NCBI GenBank assembly: GCA_964187785.1 | Contig: OZ076409.1 | Location: 7,938,001-8,002,000, forward strand | Length of the DNA stretch: 64,000 nucleotides | Source of the DNA: Amphiscolops sp. MND2022 | Lineage: Eukaryota | Direction: 5' to 3' | Shown: positions 34,640-47,900 of the stretch, piece by piece | Layout of the letters: each line of letters opens with the position of its first letter | Numbering within the stretch: the stretch's first letter is position 1 | The notes under the pieces: generated by a model | What the model was told of the DNA's origin: nothing | The model's database searches: none | What the model saw: only the letters and a program-made list of their open reading frames with translations | Translations under genes and position numbers: made by a program

Positions 34640-35760
34640 TACACTTCAACACAGTGTTTCTGACAGGATTGGGTTGTTGCGAAGTGCGCGAGGCCCAAAG
34701 TTGACGACAATCAAAATGGTTTGGTGCAACGGCTAGTCCAGCTCAAGGGAGACCGACATTTTGCCAGGTTGCAATTCGCGATGCCAAATAGGCAGGCAGC
34801 TGCGTGTTTGAGGCACATCGCTGACCTAAGCCTCCATTAAATGTCGGAAGGAGAGGTAACTGCAATTGGATGTCAGTGATGAGACCACTTATTATGCGTT
34901 CCAAGCAACCGCATAGGTGTTGGTCGAAGACTTTTAAACTCTGTGGTGGTATGGAAGGAAGGCTTCACAAAAAATGGTTGATATTACAGACCCACCAGCA
35001 GTTTTTGAAAATTGCAAACTCAGTTTGGGACTCGTTCGGTTCTGGTAGCATTTCGACAAGGGCAAACACTTTAGGTGTTTTTTCGCGAGAAAACGCTCCT
35101 GTGACCCAAGACAGCCAATGTGTGAACCTAACAGATCAACTTCTGTTGTAGGAGGCGCTTAATGTCGCCGAAGAATTCAGATCGGTTGGTGTCATTGAGC
35201 CAGAACAGTTTGCATTTCAAAACCAGACTGCTTTCCTTCTGGGGATGAAATATCCATAGATTTTACTGAATGAAGGATTCGTCGTCGAAGAACCAAAGGT
35301 GTAACACGAAGCAATGATTTCTGCAACTAGTGTGTTCAGGGCTAACGCAAAAAGGAGTGGACCACGAAGGTCACCTTTTTGAACGCCGCAAGAACCATGT
35401 TTTATGAAGCCATCATAGTCACGTAGGCTTGCGTTGCCATAACAATACACCACCTGTGTTGTATATGCTGGGGAGTTTTGTTTTGACCACCTTTATGAAA
35501 GTTTGCTTGTCTACTAGTATTGCCATGTCGGCTCTATAATCATTTGCTCAAGTAATTGACACTGTGAATTACGCACTCACGAGCAGCTTGAACTCCAACT
35601 CCGACTTGATAGGGGACAAGTAGTGTGCTTGCATCGGAGAGTACGGAACTACATGTAACCTTCAAAACGTTTCGTCTGATAGTCTCCCCCACAGCAATCG
35701 GACGAATCGTGTCACTGTTTTTGTTTAGCGCAATTAGGTTGGCGCCACAGATGTACTTTG
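34640..35760 (-). pseudogene. Decayed CRE-like non-LTR retrotransposon RT
   Basis: Minus-strand remnants ALNKNSDTIRPIAVGETIRR, YLSPYQVGVG, GVQKGDLRGPLLFALAL and WFFDD in the correct order. Confidence 0.8.
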
Positions 35761-35969
35761 AAGCTGCGGAAGCTGCTGTCCCTGACAGGAAAATATGTTA
35801 ATCACTGATGTGATCGAATTTAGGCAATTTTGAGCCACCAGTGGGACGGTGACGGATTGAAAGATAATTGCAAATTTCGTCTGACATTTGCGAGACATGC
35901 AAAATTGTTGCGAAAATTTTTCTGACTTTTTGTTAGGGTAAAAACAAAATACAATTGTCAAAGAAAATT

Positions 35970-36495
35970 GATCCTTTTGTTCCCCCACCACCATTTGTTT
36001 AAATCAGCGAACGTATTACATTGAGAAAGAGTAAAAGCCGCCCAAAAAAGTTAAATTTAAATTCAATTTCACGGTAGCAGCTTAGATTTAAATACAAACT
36101 TTTTTCACGCTAATTTTCCCTATGAAGTCACTCATTCGTAATTACGAAAATGTTTTAGCAAAAAGACTCGAATACAAACCAGAATCCTTCAACTTTAAAA
36201 TAATTTCCAGAGTGACAGTTTAGAATTGAAATACAAACTTTGTTCACACTATTTTTGCCTATGAAGTAACGCATTTTTGAGTAGGAAATCAACAGCTTCC
36301 TTTTTTGAGTCACAAACATCAGTTAATTTTCAACATAATCACAGTCAAAACGCGTGAAAAATGTTTTGTTTAAACGGAAAACTATTTGAAAAGAAATTAT
36401 CTTCATGTTTGGAAAAAGATTTCTAATCAGGCCAGGTTGAAACAATTTTTGAAATTCTCGATTGAAAAAATTGATATTGGGGGCAAAAAGGCTCT
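35970..36495. mobile_element. Diverged copy of the Merlin-like MITE
   Basis: Internal sequence matches 18700-18930 (ATACAAACTTTGTTCACAC...GAAATCAACAGCTTCC); ends degenerate. Confidence 0.6.
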
Positions 36496-36690
36496 GGTAA
36501 AGCCTGAGTGTATATAGGAAACCTTTTAAGAAGCTAAGATGAACTAATATTTATGTTTATTTGTTATTATAGATCGTTATATATAGCATATAGTCTGTGA
36601 AATCTGTGAAAACTTATGTTTGGTAAACTCTGATAATTTCACTTATTAATATTATGAAAGAGCCAGGAAATGTTGTAATGTGGAACTGAC

Positions 36691-36981
36691 CTGTTCCCCT
36701 GAGAACACGAACGAGGTCCGAATAGTGAGGGCTGATGCGGCGTGGTTAAAAGTGTGAAGAGTGTACTTGGGGATACAATGCATGAAGCAGTCTGAGTCAG
36801 CGTCACATCTTTCCAATGCTGACGTCACTAGCTTGAACGCTTCCTCTGTGAAGGAAGATTGGCCGTCAGCCAGAATAACCCAACTGACGTTGAAAAGATC
36901 TGCTGCTGTTTCAATTGCAAGCAACCTTGCAGAATTCACATTCAATATTTCTTTTTTGGCATCGCTTGTTGTCAAATTGGG
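36691..36981 (-). CDS. Paralog A, internal exon with GT-A-like motifs
   Basis: CCAATAG acceptor; ILNVNSARLLAIETA...WVILADGQS; ends GEQ|GTCAGT in phase 0; homologous to 57964-58251. Confidence 0.82.
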
Positions 36982-37689
36982 CTATTGGCAAATTCATTCG
37001 AGTCTTTTAAAGTTATTTTAAACACTAAATGATCTGGGCTTTACAAATTTTCGAAAAAGCGGATTAAAAATGTTGAATCTTTAATATCTCCACAACTACG
37101 CATACCTGAGAAATGAACTACAGCGCGTTTGAAATGTTTGGTACTGGGCTTTCATTTTGGTTAGATGAACCGCTGTTGCTGCGCGCCCCATTTTTCAACA
37201 TTTTGGCTTTTTCCGGTATCGATGCTTTACGGTCATTCCACACTTCATGCGGCCTGCTGCGCAGAGCTTGTAGCAATACCAGGGTATTTTTGGGGTTTGT
37301 TGCACAAGGACTTGTTGTGGTAGGGAAAGTGGTTGCTTTCTCTAGGGGATGGCTAAGCAATCAATTAACGCGATTTTTACTGAACAAAAAATCAATTAAA
37401 GAAATTAGCTGTGAACAAAACAATTACTGCGTTAGTTGCAATTATTTGAAACAATTTTTAAACCTAAAAAAGACAAAAACACATGACACGTCAAGTTGAA
37501 ACGTAATATTTTAATTTGGGTTCTTTGATTGCGCGATATAGTATTGCTTTTTGTTGGATGGAAAATCTGTTGTTCAAGGCTTTCAGGAAGAAGTTTTTCT
37601 GTAATTGGGTAATATATGGCGTACTTTACTCCAAAACCTACATGTAATCGAATTTACTCGTCTAATATTTGTTACCGTTAGTCGCAGCG

Positions 37690-38135
37690 GTGGTTTCCCA
37701 AATGACATAAATGCAAATAACATAAAAATAAATTAATTCCCAGAAAACATAAAAGTACATTGAATTCCCATTTAACATAAAAATGAAATATTATTATAAC
37801 GTAGTCAGATATGTTCACATACCCCTAGTGCCCTAAATGCAGGAGCGAAGCGAAGCGGAGCGACGTGCCATATGGCCATGCCTCAATGTTGCTACTTGGC
37901 GAAGGGAGCGAAGCGACCGAGCCATACAACAAATATGCAAACCTTTTCAAATAAATCAAGTTCCAACATATTGGCTGTAACAATGATTCAGCGCAAGCGA
38001 GAAAATAACGCAAGGTTGAATTTCAATTTTCAACCAATCAGAAGCGCTTAATTGTTTTATGTTTTCTGGGAATTAATTTATTTTTATGTTATTTGCATTT
38101 ATGTCATTTGCATTTATGTCATTTGGGACGTAATC
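37690..38135. mobile_element. Foldback/Mutator-like MITE with ACATAAA-rich arms
   Basis: Arm CCCAAATGACATAAATGCAAATAACATAAAAATAAATTAATTCCCAGAAAACATAAAA is inverted at ~38055-38127; 9-bp TSD GTCGCAGCG/GTTGCAGCG. Confidence 0.85.
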
Positions 38136-38600
38136 GTTGCAGCGTTGAAGCAATTACTGCTTCAGTTATTTTCGTTTCCGTAACTAATTTCCGTTAATTG
38201 ATTGCCGTTAACGGAAATCTATTCAATTGATTGCTAACACCTGTCTATGGATCCAGGACTTTTGAGAAAAATTAGATTTCACCACAAACGGAATTTTGGA
38301 AAAGTAAAACCATTTTTCACAGTTTTGGAGACATATTCAGTTTTTCTAATGCTTGTGCCATTCAAATCAATCTAAGTACCAATGAATTGTTGACAAAATG
38401 CTGGAGTAAATGGGCAACTGGCAAAACGAACCAGAAATTTAACACAAGATGGGGTGGTTTAAAGTACTGCTAGGTTAATTAGGGATAAGGGCTTTTCTGA
38501 AAGATATCAATGATGCTTTAAGAGAAAGAGCAACAATGAAATGTGAGCAATGATGACTTTCAGACGGCAACAGGATGGTTTTTAGCTCATCCAGTAAATT

Positions 38601-39020
38601 GGACCATGTGATAGAAAAAAAGAAACAAGGTCCAAATACCATTATGTCGACATCGTTTACGATGAAATTTCAATCCAATAAAAAAATTGATATCGACATT
38701 ATCCGATCTTTACCATTGCCACACAGATAAATGTTGCTCGTTAGATTTTATGGCGGAGAAAATATGCATAAAAGTAGGGACCTTTCTTTACGATTTTGGC
38801 TTGTTCCAAGCGTGAATTTTCACTACTTTGAACAACAATGTCATAAAATCAACAAAGTTGGGGTAATTTTTTGCTGTAAGCGTCAAAACAGCTCTAAAGA
38901 TAAGCCCTAAGTAGTTGCAACCGCATCAAAGTCTTTCATTTGGTCAAGAAATTTTTTCAAAAAAAAGTGGGTGTTTTCGTGTTGGGCCGGGGGTATTCGC
39001 AACAAGGTGCACCTGGGGGC
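38601..39020 (+). mobile_element. Degenerate relative of the 32501-33142 Merlin element
   Basis: Starts GGACCATGTGAT; shares CAAATACCATTATGTCGACATCG and AACAAGGTGYACCTGGGGG. Confidence 0.65.
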
Positions 39021-39155
39021 TGGTTGGGGTAATAAAAAACTATGATCCAAAAACTAACAAATTAATCACCAATTTTCAACGAATCGACAAAAACCAAAAT
39101 TTGAATTTTCCAACTCCTAGTTATCGTTTTGGGATCTGAATGAATTATCAGGAAC

Positions 39156-39632
39156 ATCGGGATGCTCAAAGGGACTGGGAACTGCCAGAGTCATTTCTTG
39201 ATCCGTGAAAGCAGTCCGCCAAATGTCCTGCATCAAGTCATCGTCCAAAATACTGTGTAGCACCCAAATTCTGTGGAAGTCTTCTGGCAGTTTTTCTCCC
39301 GTTTTCACGGAGTGAACATTGTACAAAATTCGCTGGTTTGTTTGTAGCGGAGGGAAATTGTTGGTCACTATTTTTACGAGTAAGTATTTCGGCGAATAAC
39401 CCATAGGTTGAATAATATCTTTCCGATTTGATGTAGTGTGCTGTGTTTTTCTTTTGTATTCTCCGTACATCCACAGTAAGTGTTTAGGAACCTCTATTTT
39501 TTCATCGAAAAGATCCAAGATTTTTTGTTCACGCTTTGATAATCTGTCGATGATAAAGAAAATGGTGATTGTAAAAAGAATTGAGTAAATCAAGCCTGCA
39601 CTCCGTTTTCTCAAGTAATTCATCTTTACCAT
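39156..39632 (-). CDS. Paralog A, first coding exon (signal anchor, stem, start of catalytic domain)
   Basis: Basic N-terminus then hydrophobic GLIYSILFTITIFFII; KYLLVKIVTNNFPPLQT...FHRIWVLHSILD; donor position uncertain. Confidence 0.8.
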
Positions 39633-41935
39633 GCTGCTTGGATAAGAAAAGTTGAACCATCACAATGCATAAGTTCAGCAATCCGTTTTTTGAAAAAAAT
39701 CCCACGTGAAATCTCTTGTGCATTGCTTTATTCATAAAAAATTAAGAACATCTTCTTGAATAATTCATGATTCTGTAAAAAAAATTTAGATTAAGGGGCA
39801 AAACTAAGCACGGAAACGAAATAATAAAGCGTTGATTGCTGATTCTCATCTCAAGTGCTGCTACTCAAGAAAAAAGATGACACCGAAAACGGTAACTTTT
39901 TATGTTTCTAAAATGTGAGTTGGAACGTCCGTCAAACTAACGGTGAGAAATTTTGGAATCAAATGGAAATATTTATACCTCTTTTTTTTCTGAACATCTC
40001 AAAAACTTCCCGCCTATATCGCTTGACCACCCAGAAACTTTCCGCTATTTTGCCGACAATACAAACTCACACTTGAAAATTATTTATATTGTTAATGTAT
40101 TTATATCTAATCAAATTGATATTGATATACAAATATCTTTCAAATTTTCTGCGTATGTCAAAAATGGTAGGGAAAAAAGGAAAAAGAACGTTGGTACATT
40201 TACAAAAAAAATCAGAAAAAAATACTATTACATGTATATAACAGTGTGTCCATTTTTGCTGCACTTTTTTATTTTTTGAAATCATTTGCATTATATAGAA
40301 AATTTGGCCTAAACGGTTGCAATAATTCAACAGCTCAAAAGGGGTTTTTCAAATGAATATTTCCTCAAAACTCATTATGAAAGGATTGCTGAAAACAGAA
40401 AAAATATATTTTTGTGCCGTGGAACAGATTTTTTTGCATGCTGATTCTCTCAGAAAATAAAATGAGATCAGCTTCATTTCATGGTGAAGAATTCATGTTG
40501 AAGAACATGAAACAATCTTGGCTCGTGAAAAACAATTTGTTTCACATTGCAGCCGATGCGACATTTCAACCATGAAAAGTTAAAATAAAACGCCATGTGA
40601 AAAAATATGTTCCGAACCGATTTACGTTGGTTCCAAAAACTTTTTGTAAGCAGTTTAGTTTTAAAGTAACGTAAATATTCACTAGAACATATATGTTTAT
40701 AAACACATATGGTGAAACAAGCTTTGTGTCCTTAAAACAGATTTTCCTTGATATATCTTTACAAAACAAAAGTAATGAAAAAAAACTTTATTGATAAACT
40801 CATATTGTGAATCTTTTGTGTCCTTAAAACAGATTTTCCTTGATTCATCCTAACAATACAAATGTAGAGATAAAATTATAATCATCAAACGGCAATCGCG
40901 ATAGGGCATGGTCTTTGATAGGCAATTTTATAGACATTGTTCCATACAACGGAACAACTTGTAAAAACCTGTTTGTCAATAAATGAAAAGTATTGAAAAA
41001 TAGGCCGGGGATCAATTTATAGCCATTTACGTCGATATGCTGTTCTTGGCCACTTTCAGCAATGCCCTAGTTGAGACTGCTAGGACATTTTACATGCTGC
41101 AGGCCTGCGTGCAGATTATTTCTTTAGAAAACCTAGAATATTCGGCAAGGTTAATGTGGTAAAACTTGGAGAAATACAGTGCATTTTCCACTAGTACAAT
41201 TCAATTTGAAAATAAAACCCACTTCATTACCGAAACGATCACGTTATAATCATACTTTGATTTTTTCTCAACTACTTTTCTCAAATGGTTTCTCAAACGG
41301 ACGCTAATTTGCAATTTACTACGCAACTGGTGTTATTTTGCATTAAATTTGCGTTACAACTGATAGCAACTTGTTTGCTTTCAAACTTAGAAGTGTAGCC
41401 AAGAAAATTAAAAAAAAGCAATCTTGTCTCATCGTTCAAAACTTCAAATCAGGTATCGGTTTTACTGTGGTTGCGAAATCCAATTGTTTCATCCATTCCT
41501 GAAAAACTGGATTTTTCACCACAAGATTCGATCACAAAAAGTAAAAATGTAATTCTTGCAAATGAATGAGTGGTGTGAAAAGCACCAACTGACTTTTTCC
41601 TAACAACACGAAATTTTTGGTTCATTTTCCTCTGTTTTCTTACTGATAACTGAAGTTTTTTGAGCCTTGGAGTGACGTTCAAGTAATACGTTGAGTGCAT
41701 TCTGACTTCTCAGTCGTGACTTCAAAAAATTTTCCAGAACTTGTTTTAAAATTCGTAAGATTGATTTTAATTCGAATGGAAAAAATTCAAATCTTTTAGC
41801 AACTCGCTCAGGCAAAAATAGCGGGCACGAAACCTGAACGAGCAGAAATGACGGTCAGAAAAACAAGAAAAAATCGGCCTATGAATTTTTGTTTTTTCAA
41901 AACGGGTCATTGTGTAGCAAATCAGTTGTATCTTT

Positions 41936-44900
41936 TGTAACGACAAGCTCTCACCATTGTCGCCGTAACCATTAGAATTGGAGGAACACAAGGTATGAGT
42001 ATTTGCCCGGGACAGGCGCCCATGACCATGAGCTCATTTTGCCTCCTTCGGGTAAAAACTGTCCCGTCAGAGAAGGATTCCGCTTCTTTTGAAGTGCTTG
42101 CCGGCCTGATCCAGTCTTTATTGGCTGTCAGTAGCGCGAATTACGCTTTGTCTTCGGAATTATCACTTAGACAGCCTTTAAAAACGTTCCAAAAGGAAAT
42201 TATAATAAATTTTCGTTATTCAGGGTGACTTGGAGAAAAATATCTAAAATTGCGGAATAAGAACTAATGTTGTCAAAGTAGCCATTAACTTACAATGTAC
42301 AGCAATCTACAGCAATATCGTCCACAACAGCAATTTGGCAACATCCACATTCAGCTCGCAAGATGGGGCACCACAGGCACAGATTTGAGAATTAGACGAA
42401 AAGACTCATTTTTACGGTTTTCGCTACTTAAGGTAGCATACTGCTGAAATCAAGGTTAGCACCTTTGAAAGAGCCTAATTTCAGAGGTTTTTGCAGTCTC
42501 TGGCGTCTGTTCGGGCGGCTGGCCTTATTTTTTTTCTCGATCTTGCTCTTTGTTGTCGAAGTACCTGCCAATTCGTTGAAACAGCGAAAAGAGCAATCAC
42601 ATGCTCAGTGCCACGTCAAACATCTAATTAGAATTTTTGACAAAATTTTCTGAACATGTTCAAGTCCCAAATTCCAATATCGACTGATTTTGCTGTCTCA
42701 GAAGGTGCCGTTACTTCATTTCCCGGGCCTTAGGCATGACGTCCCTGTCATGCGGAGAAGCTGGTATTGAAAACATCTCCACATCATCTTTGCAATCCAC
42801 TGGGATCTCAAACTGGTGATGTTGCAAGGGTCCAGTGGCACTGTCATCTTTCGCTGATTGGGCAACCTTGAGGTCTTGCTTCTTGCAATCCAGAGAACCT
42901 GCATCGTCCATGAACTGTTGAAACAGAGCTAGCTCGAGAGCTAGAAAACAAGTACTCAAAAATGCACTTTCAAACAAATCATAATCTTTAATCTATATAT
43001 CAGTCTAAGAGCATCATTTAATTGGCAAAAGTTTTCTGCACTAAGTTTGGATGGGATCTTGATAGCACTGATGTTTATGTGGTTTAAGAAATTTTTGGAG
43101 CCCTAGGGCTCTCTGGCGCGGTTTCTCTCAAAAACTTTTTTCCACGCCAGTAAAAATTCAGTTTGCAGAACAGTTAAAGCTTGTTTTCAGTAAAAAATTT
43201 TTTTCAGCGGAAAGACCACTGTTTAAAAGGAAAACAGGTAGTTTTTGATATTTTTTGTTCAAAGTTTGGCTAGGTTTGGGCAGCACGCACTGATGTGTAG
43301 CTCCATACCAAAACAAAAATCGGTAGCATCCGTTGAGGAGAGTATGAAAGGCGAATTATCAACTGCATGTGAGATTTAGCACTGAGACAAAAATAGACAA
43401 GATTATGTAATTGAAATTTTCGGAGCTAATGAGTTCCATTAAACAAGTTAATCCGTAGAAAAGCCACTGAATCAAAGGAAAATTGACATTGAAACTTCAA
43501 GGAGTATAACTATAGAGATAACGAAACTAAAGAAGAAACTAAAAAAAAGGTATCTGGCTAAAGTTGCCTTAACGAGGACTTTTGTGTTTGTTTGTTTTTC
43601 TTTGTTTTTTTGTCAGGCCTCACTGATAGCCTTGAAAATGTTATATCAAATAATTTTTACGCGGAAGAAAAAACAAAGTGGAACAAAAAAACATTATCAA
43701 GCTATGATTGTAAACATCAGAATCGATTGAAAGTAATCGATTGCGGTCAGGATTTCATTACTTTAGATTGTGGCAAATTCCGTGGGTGGTCAGCGTGGAA
43801 TGTAGAGAATTAGAGTGTTGTCGCTCCATGAGTCTCCTCGGATCTTAGTAAACTCCCCGGGCCCTAATCGTTGGGCCTTCTTTTTCATATGAGGGTAGCG
43901 AGGAATAGACAAACTTGAATGCCCGACACAAAAATTGCAGAATGATAAGTTGAGCTTCAACGACACCTCCTCACCCCTTGAAAAAAAGGAATTGTAGCTC
44001 GGGGTGTGGATAGGCATGCGGGACATGCAAAAAGCATGAAATATCAGGACATCCAATAAAGAAGAAAATAGAGGCTGAGTCTGTCTCAAGACTGTGATGA
44101 TTGTTCGGTGGACGGCCACGCCCATGTCCCTTCGGTCTATGTAACCATGGTGGTAAGAGGACTGAGCGTGGTGGACGGCCACAGCGACGTCTGCGATGAA
44201 GCGAAAGCAGAACTTTATGCCATGAGAGTTCACCAGAAATCCGCGGTGGTCGACAACGTCTATGTCCAGTCGGTCGAGATTTGGTTGAACCACTATGCAA
44301 CCATTTGATAAAGATTGGCTGGTCCACCTGAATATAATCCTGTAGACCACGTTCAGCAGAAAGTGGCTCAATAGAATATTTCAGCAAACTCGGCTGCAAC
44401 TGCGAAGTGAATAATAGGGACTTTGTTCCATGCAAGTGAGAGTTGCTCACAGAATCCTGCGATTAGGAAATGGAGGGTGAGATTGACATTCGTTCATTTT
44501 TCGTATCACTTGAGTAGAGGTTGCGCTCGAGCAACCCATTGTCACCGGCATGATATTCAGACAAAGTGTCAGCAATACTCATGGTTGTGGTGTCCAAAGA
44601 TATTGTGTCCACCCCCATGCCTTCTGTTGGCTGTGTCATTGGTTCTACTTCGGCGTCGTTTGAAATATTGATAGTGGTACTTCTGAGGTGTATTTGCACA
44701 TCTGCATTCATCGACTGCATTTGTGGTAGCGCTCGAGCTAGCAATTTTTCTGCGTAATCCACTTTGTGCCAAGAAAATTGATATTTCATCCATCTGTTGC
44801 TCCACGGCCTCTAATTGTTGGTCCTGTTTCTGATAAATCTGAATACTGATTTCATGGAGAGAGAATCCTTTCGACGACGATACTGAACTAGCACTGGAAG

Positions 44901-47900
44901 TCCTTAAGTTCATCTCCGGCTCGGTATCCTGAGTGTTAGATGGCATTGAGTCCAGAAAATTGGAGACAAGTTTGAAACTATCCTCCAAAGGCCAGTCTTT
45001 CAACTTCAAATCTTCTAACTTCGTCGATCGGTTCAGTTCATCTACCATTTGGGATTCACTTTGAGGTTGAACTTCATGAACATCATTTGGTTGAGCTGCA
45101 CTGACACCCTCTTCCCCTTTAAAAAAGGAACGGAGGCGGTGGAAGCTTTAGAGATTCCGAACTGCTTCCTGAACCACCTGTTTATCCAACCTCAGTGTCA
45201 GGGTCAAAGTCAAGAGAAGTTCTAGCAATCACAGCGTGCTGAAAACTGTTCAACGCTTTGCACGCTGCTCAGTGGGCTAAACAATGTTGCTCTCGAGCAA
45301 AATGCTGCAGCCAAGTTGGATACTGCGCACCAAACAGACAGTCGAGTGGTTTATTCACCTCTCAACTTCAATGGATTTGGGTAAGTTGTGATTTCCCAAA
45401 AAAGTTCTCTGCAAATTTGACGTAATGTTCGGTGCTTGTGCTACTTGATACTGCCGATTAACACCAAATAGAGGCACCAGAGTGTTCACAAAGGTTTCAC
45501 ACTCGGGCAAGCTGGTCAAAATATTGACACTAGGAGGTTGCTCCTCTCAAAATCTCGTGATATTGGCTAAGTCGGAACACCCAGGGTCTCTTTTGGATAT
45601 CGAAAACCCTGCTCAGGCTCACAACGTAACGTCTAGAGGTTTTCTTGAGGAGAATGTAGTCCAGAGTACGTCGCAGCCACTTCAGACTGTTGAATTGGGC
45701 TTTTTAATATCAAATTTCAAAGTCTCTGAGGAGTCAAAAATTGATGACCCCTACCGGCAATTTTCTTGAACCGTGGGATTTGCCTCGTTTGCATCCAGGA
45801 AGGCCTACTAGGTCCTTTCGGTTAGACAAGAAAGGTTTTTGGTCTCTGCCTTCCGTATAGTGGGAGTACTGAGGTTTTATGTTTTCGTTTTTCTGACGGT
45901 TTTTCGGGATTTTGGCCAAAATGCTTGTCTGGGCACAGTCAAATTCAGTTCTATCAGGTGTACTGGGTAGAAAACCACTCACCCCGTTTATTCAGTCACA
46001 CAAGCTAAAAAAACGACCTCCCTAAGCCGATAACTACCTCCAGTCAGAAACTAGAGTGTTTTTAAACGATTTTTGAAATTTTAAAAATTTTTTGAAAATT
46101 ACTCAAGTGGCTCGTACCAAGACTGAAAACGTAAGATCGGGCTCTAAATTAGCCACGCGGCCCCACGTATAGCCAGGTACACTGTAATAAGCACCAATTG
46201 GCGCTCAAACTATTGAATGAGTTGCAGATGCTGTACAGGCTTTCCGTATCACCGTGTCTTAAGGGGACACAATTTTCACGTGCAACCAAAGACTCTTGTC
46301 CACAATGACGAGCTTGCACGCTCACTTTTTCAGCAACAGTGCACCAAACGACACTGACAACAATGGTCCATAGCAATGTAGTCCCAATATTCCGATGAGG
46401 TGCGGCGACAACTCCCAAAAATGGTCCAACTCGTTACAATACCCAGGATATCACAACTGTAAGTAACAAGATACTATGTCCCAGCAAAGCTGCACATTCA
46501 GTATTGGCCACAATTTGCCCGTACAGATATGAATTCACAATAGGTGTTCAGACCAGAGGTTTTTCACAAGTTTCCAACACGTAAAACTGGGTTTTGTCCC
46601 ACTTTCCAAGTTTTCGTCTCGGAGAGGACTTAAACCAGAATCACGATATGCACGTCTCAAGTTGGTGGAAATCACTTTCAGGGGTCGTAGTGAATTCAAA
46701 TTCACTTAAGCGGTTGTTACTAATCCACTAGTTCAGAAAATGAGTTTAGATTGAAGCTACACCTTCGCTGAGACAAGCACGAGACGTTTACAACAAATTT
46801 TGAACTTTCTCGTAAGGTACAAGAAAAACGCAAGTGAAGCGTATTCGTCACTCAGGGGTCGTATCCGGCTCAAAATTATTCAGGGGACCCTACACACACG
46901 TAGGTACACCGAATTGATCACCGATTTGGGCCCCGAGGCTTGTGCGCTATTTCGACTTGGTACAGACGTGCGGTACACCTACAGACGTGCGGTAGTAGGA
47001 GTCAAAATACACGCTTCTTGCACGATTCTCAAACAGGGGTATGAGCTAGCGGTTCAAAATTCTCGCTAACAATGCACCGACTAACACACGTTACGATGGT
47101 GGGCTGCAATTCGTCCCCACTTTTCGGCTAAAGTGTTCAGGCACTTCCAAAAAATTTCGAAAAATTTGCCTTTTGCACCTCTTTCTGAGCAGTACGTTTT
47201 CGTCAATTTCTCACCAAACACAGCACCGATCGGCACGAAACTTGGTAAGCGTTGCCAGTGGGCACCCACATTGCTGGTTCAGCGGTCTGATGGAAGCCCG
47301 CGAGCTTTCCTAGGGTTTCGACTGAGTACAGACACAATTTCAGCAAAAACATTTTTTTTTTGACTTTTTTTTTTACAAATTGGCTACGACGGTCGACACT
47401 ACAAATGTTACGGCAGGCAAAATAAAGTCAAAGTGTGGCCCTACTAGTAACAGCACTGCCACAACCCCGCAAATAGCCGTGCGCTTGTTAGGTATGAGGC
47501 ACTGTCGGTCCTACAGTTTTGGAAATTTTCGGCTAATTTAGCTCGTTTTGATGTCAAAACGTCAGAGAGCTTTTCTCGACTTTGGTTAGCGCTAGGCTCA
47601 CCAAATTTTCGGCACTGGCGTTTATTTTGGCGGTGGTTACGAAAAAGCAACCAGTTTTTAGCTAGGGTTTGGGAATTAATGACACTACCCTAACAATTGG
47701 AGAATCCGGTTTTGTGGAAATTTGGTCAATTTCAGTGCGTTTTTCAACTATTCTCAGCACTGAAAAAAAGTTTTTTTACTCGGTTCTCACCCTCACACGT
47801 TATTTGTACTATACAAACAGAAAGTGAGAGCTCGAAAGCTCCTAGCTAACGAAAAGACAGAGTGCCCAGGGGGTTTTAATTGTGTACTCAGACACTCCTG

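Noticed and set aside
37106..37360. Extra exon in paralog A (AG acceptor and GTATGC donor present)
   Set aside because: All three frames contain stops and paralog B has no counterpart.
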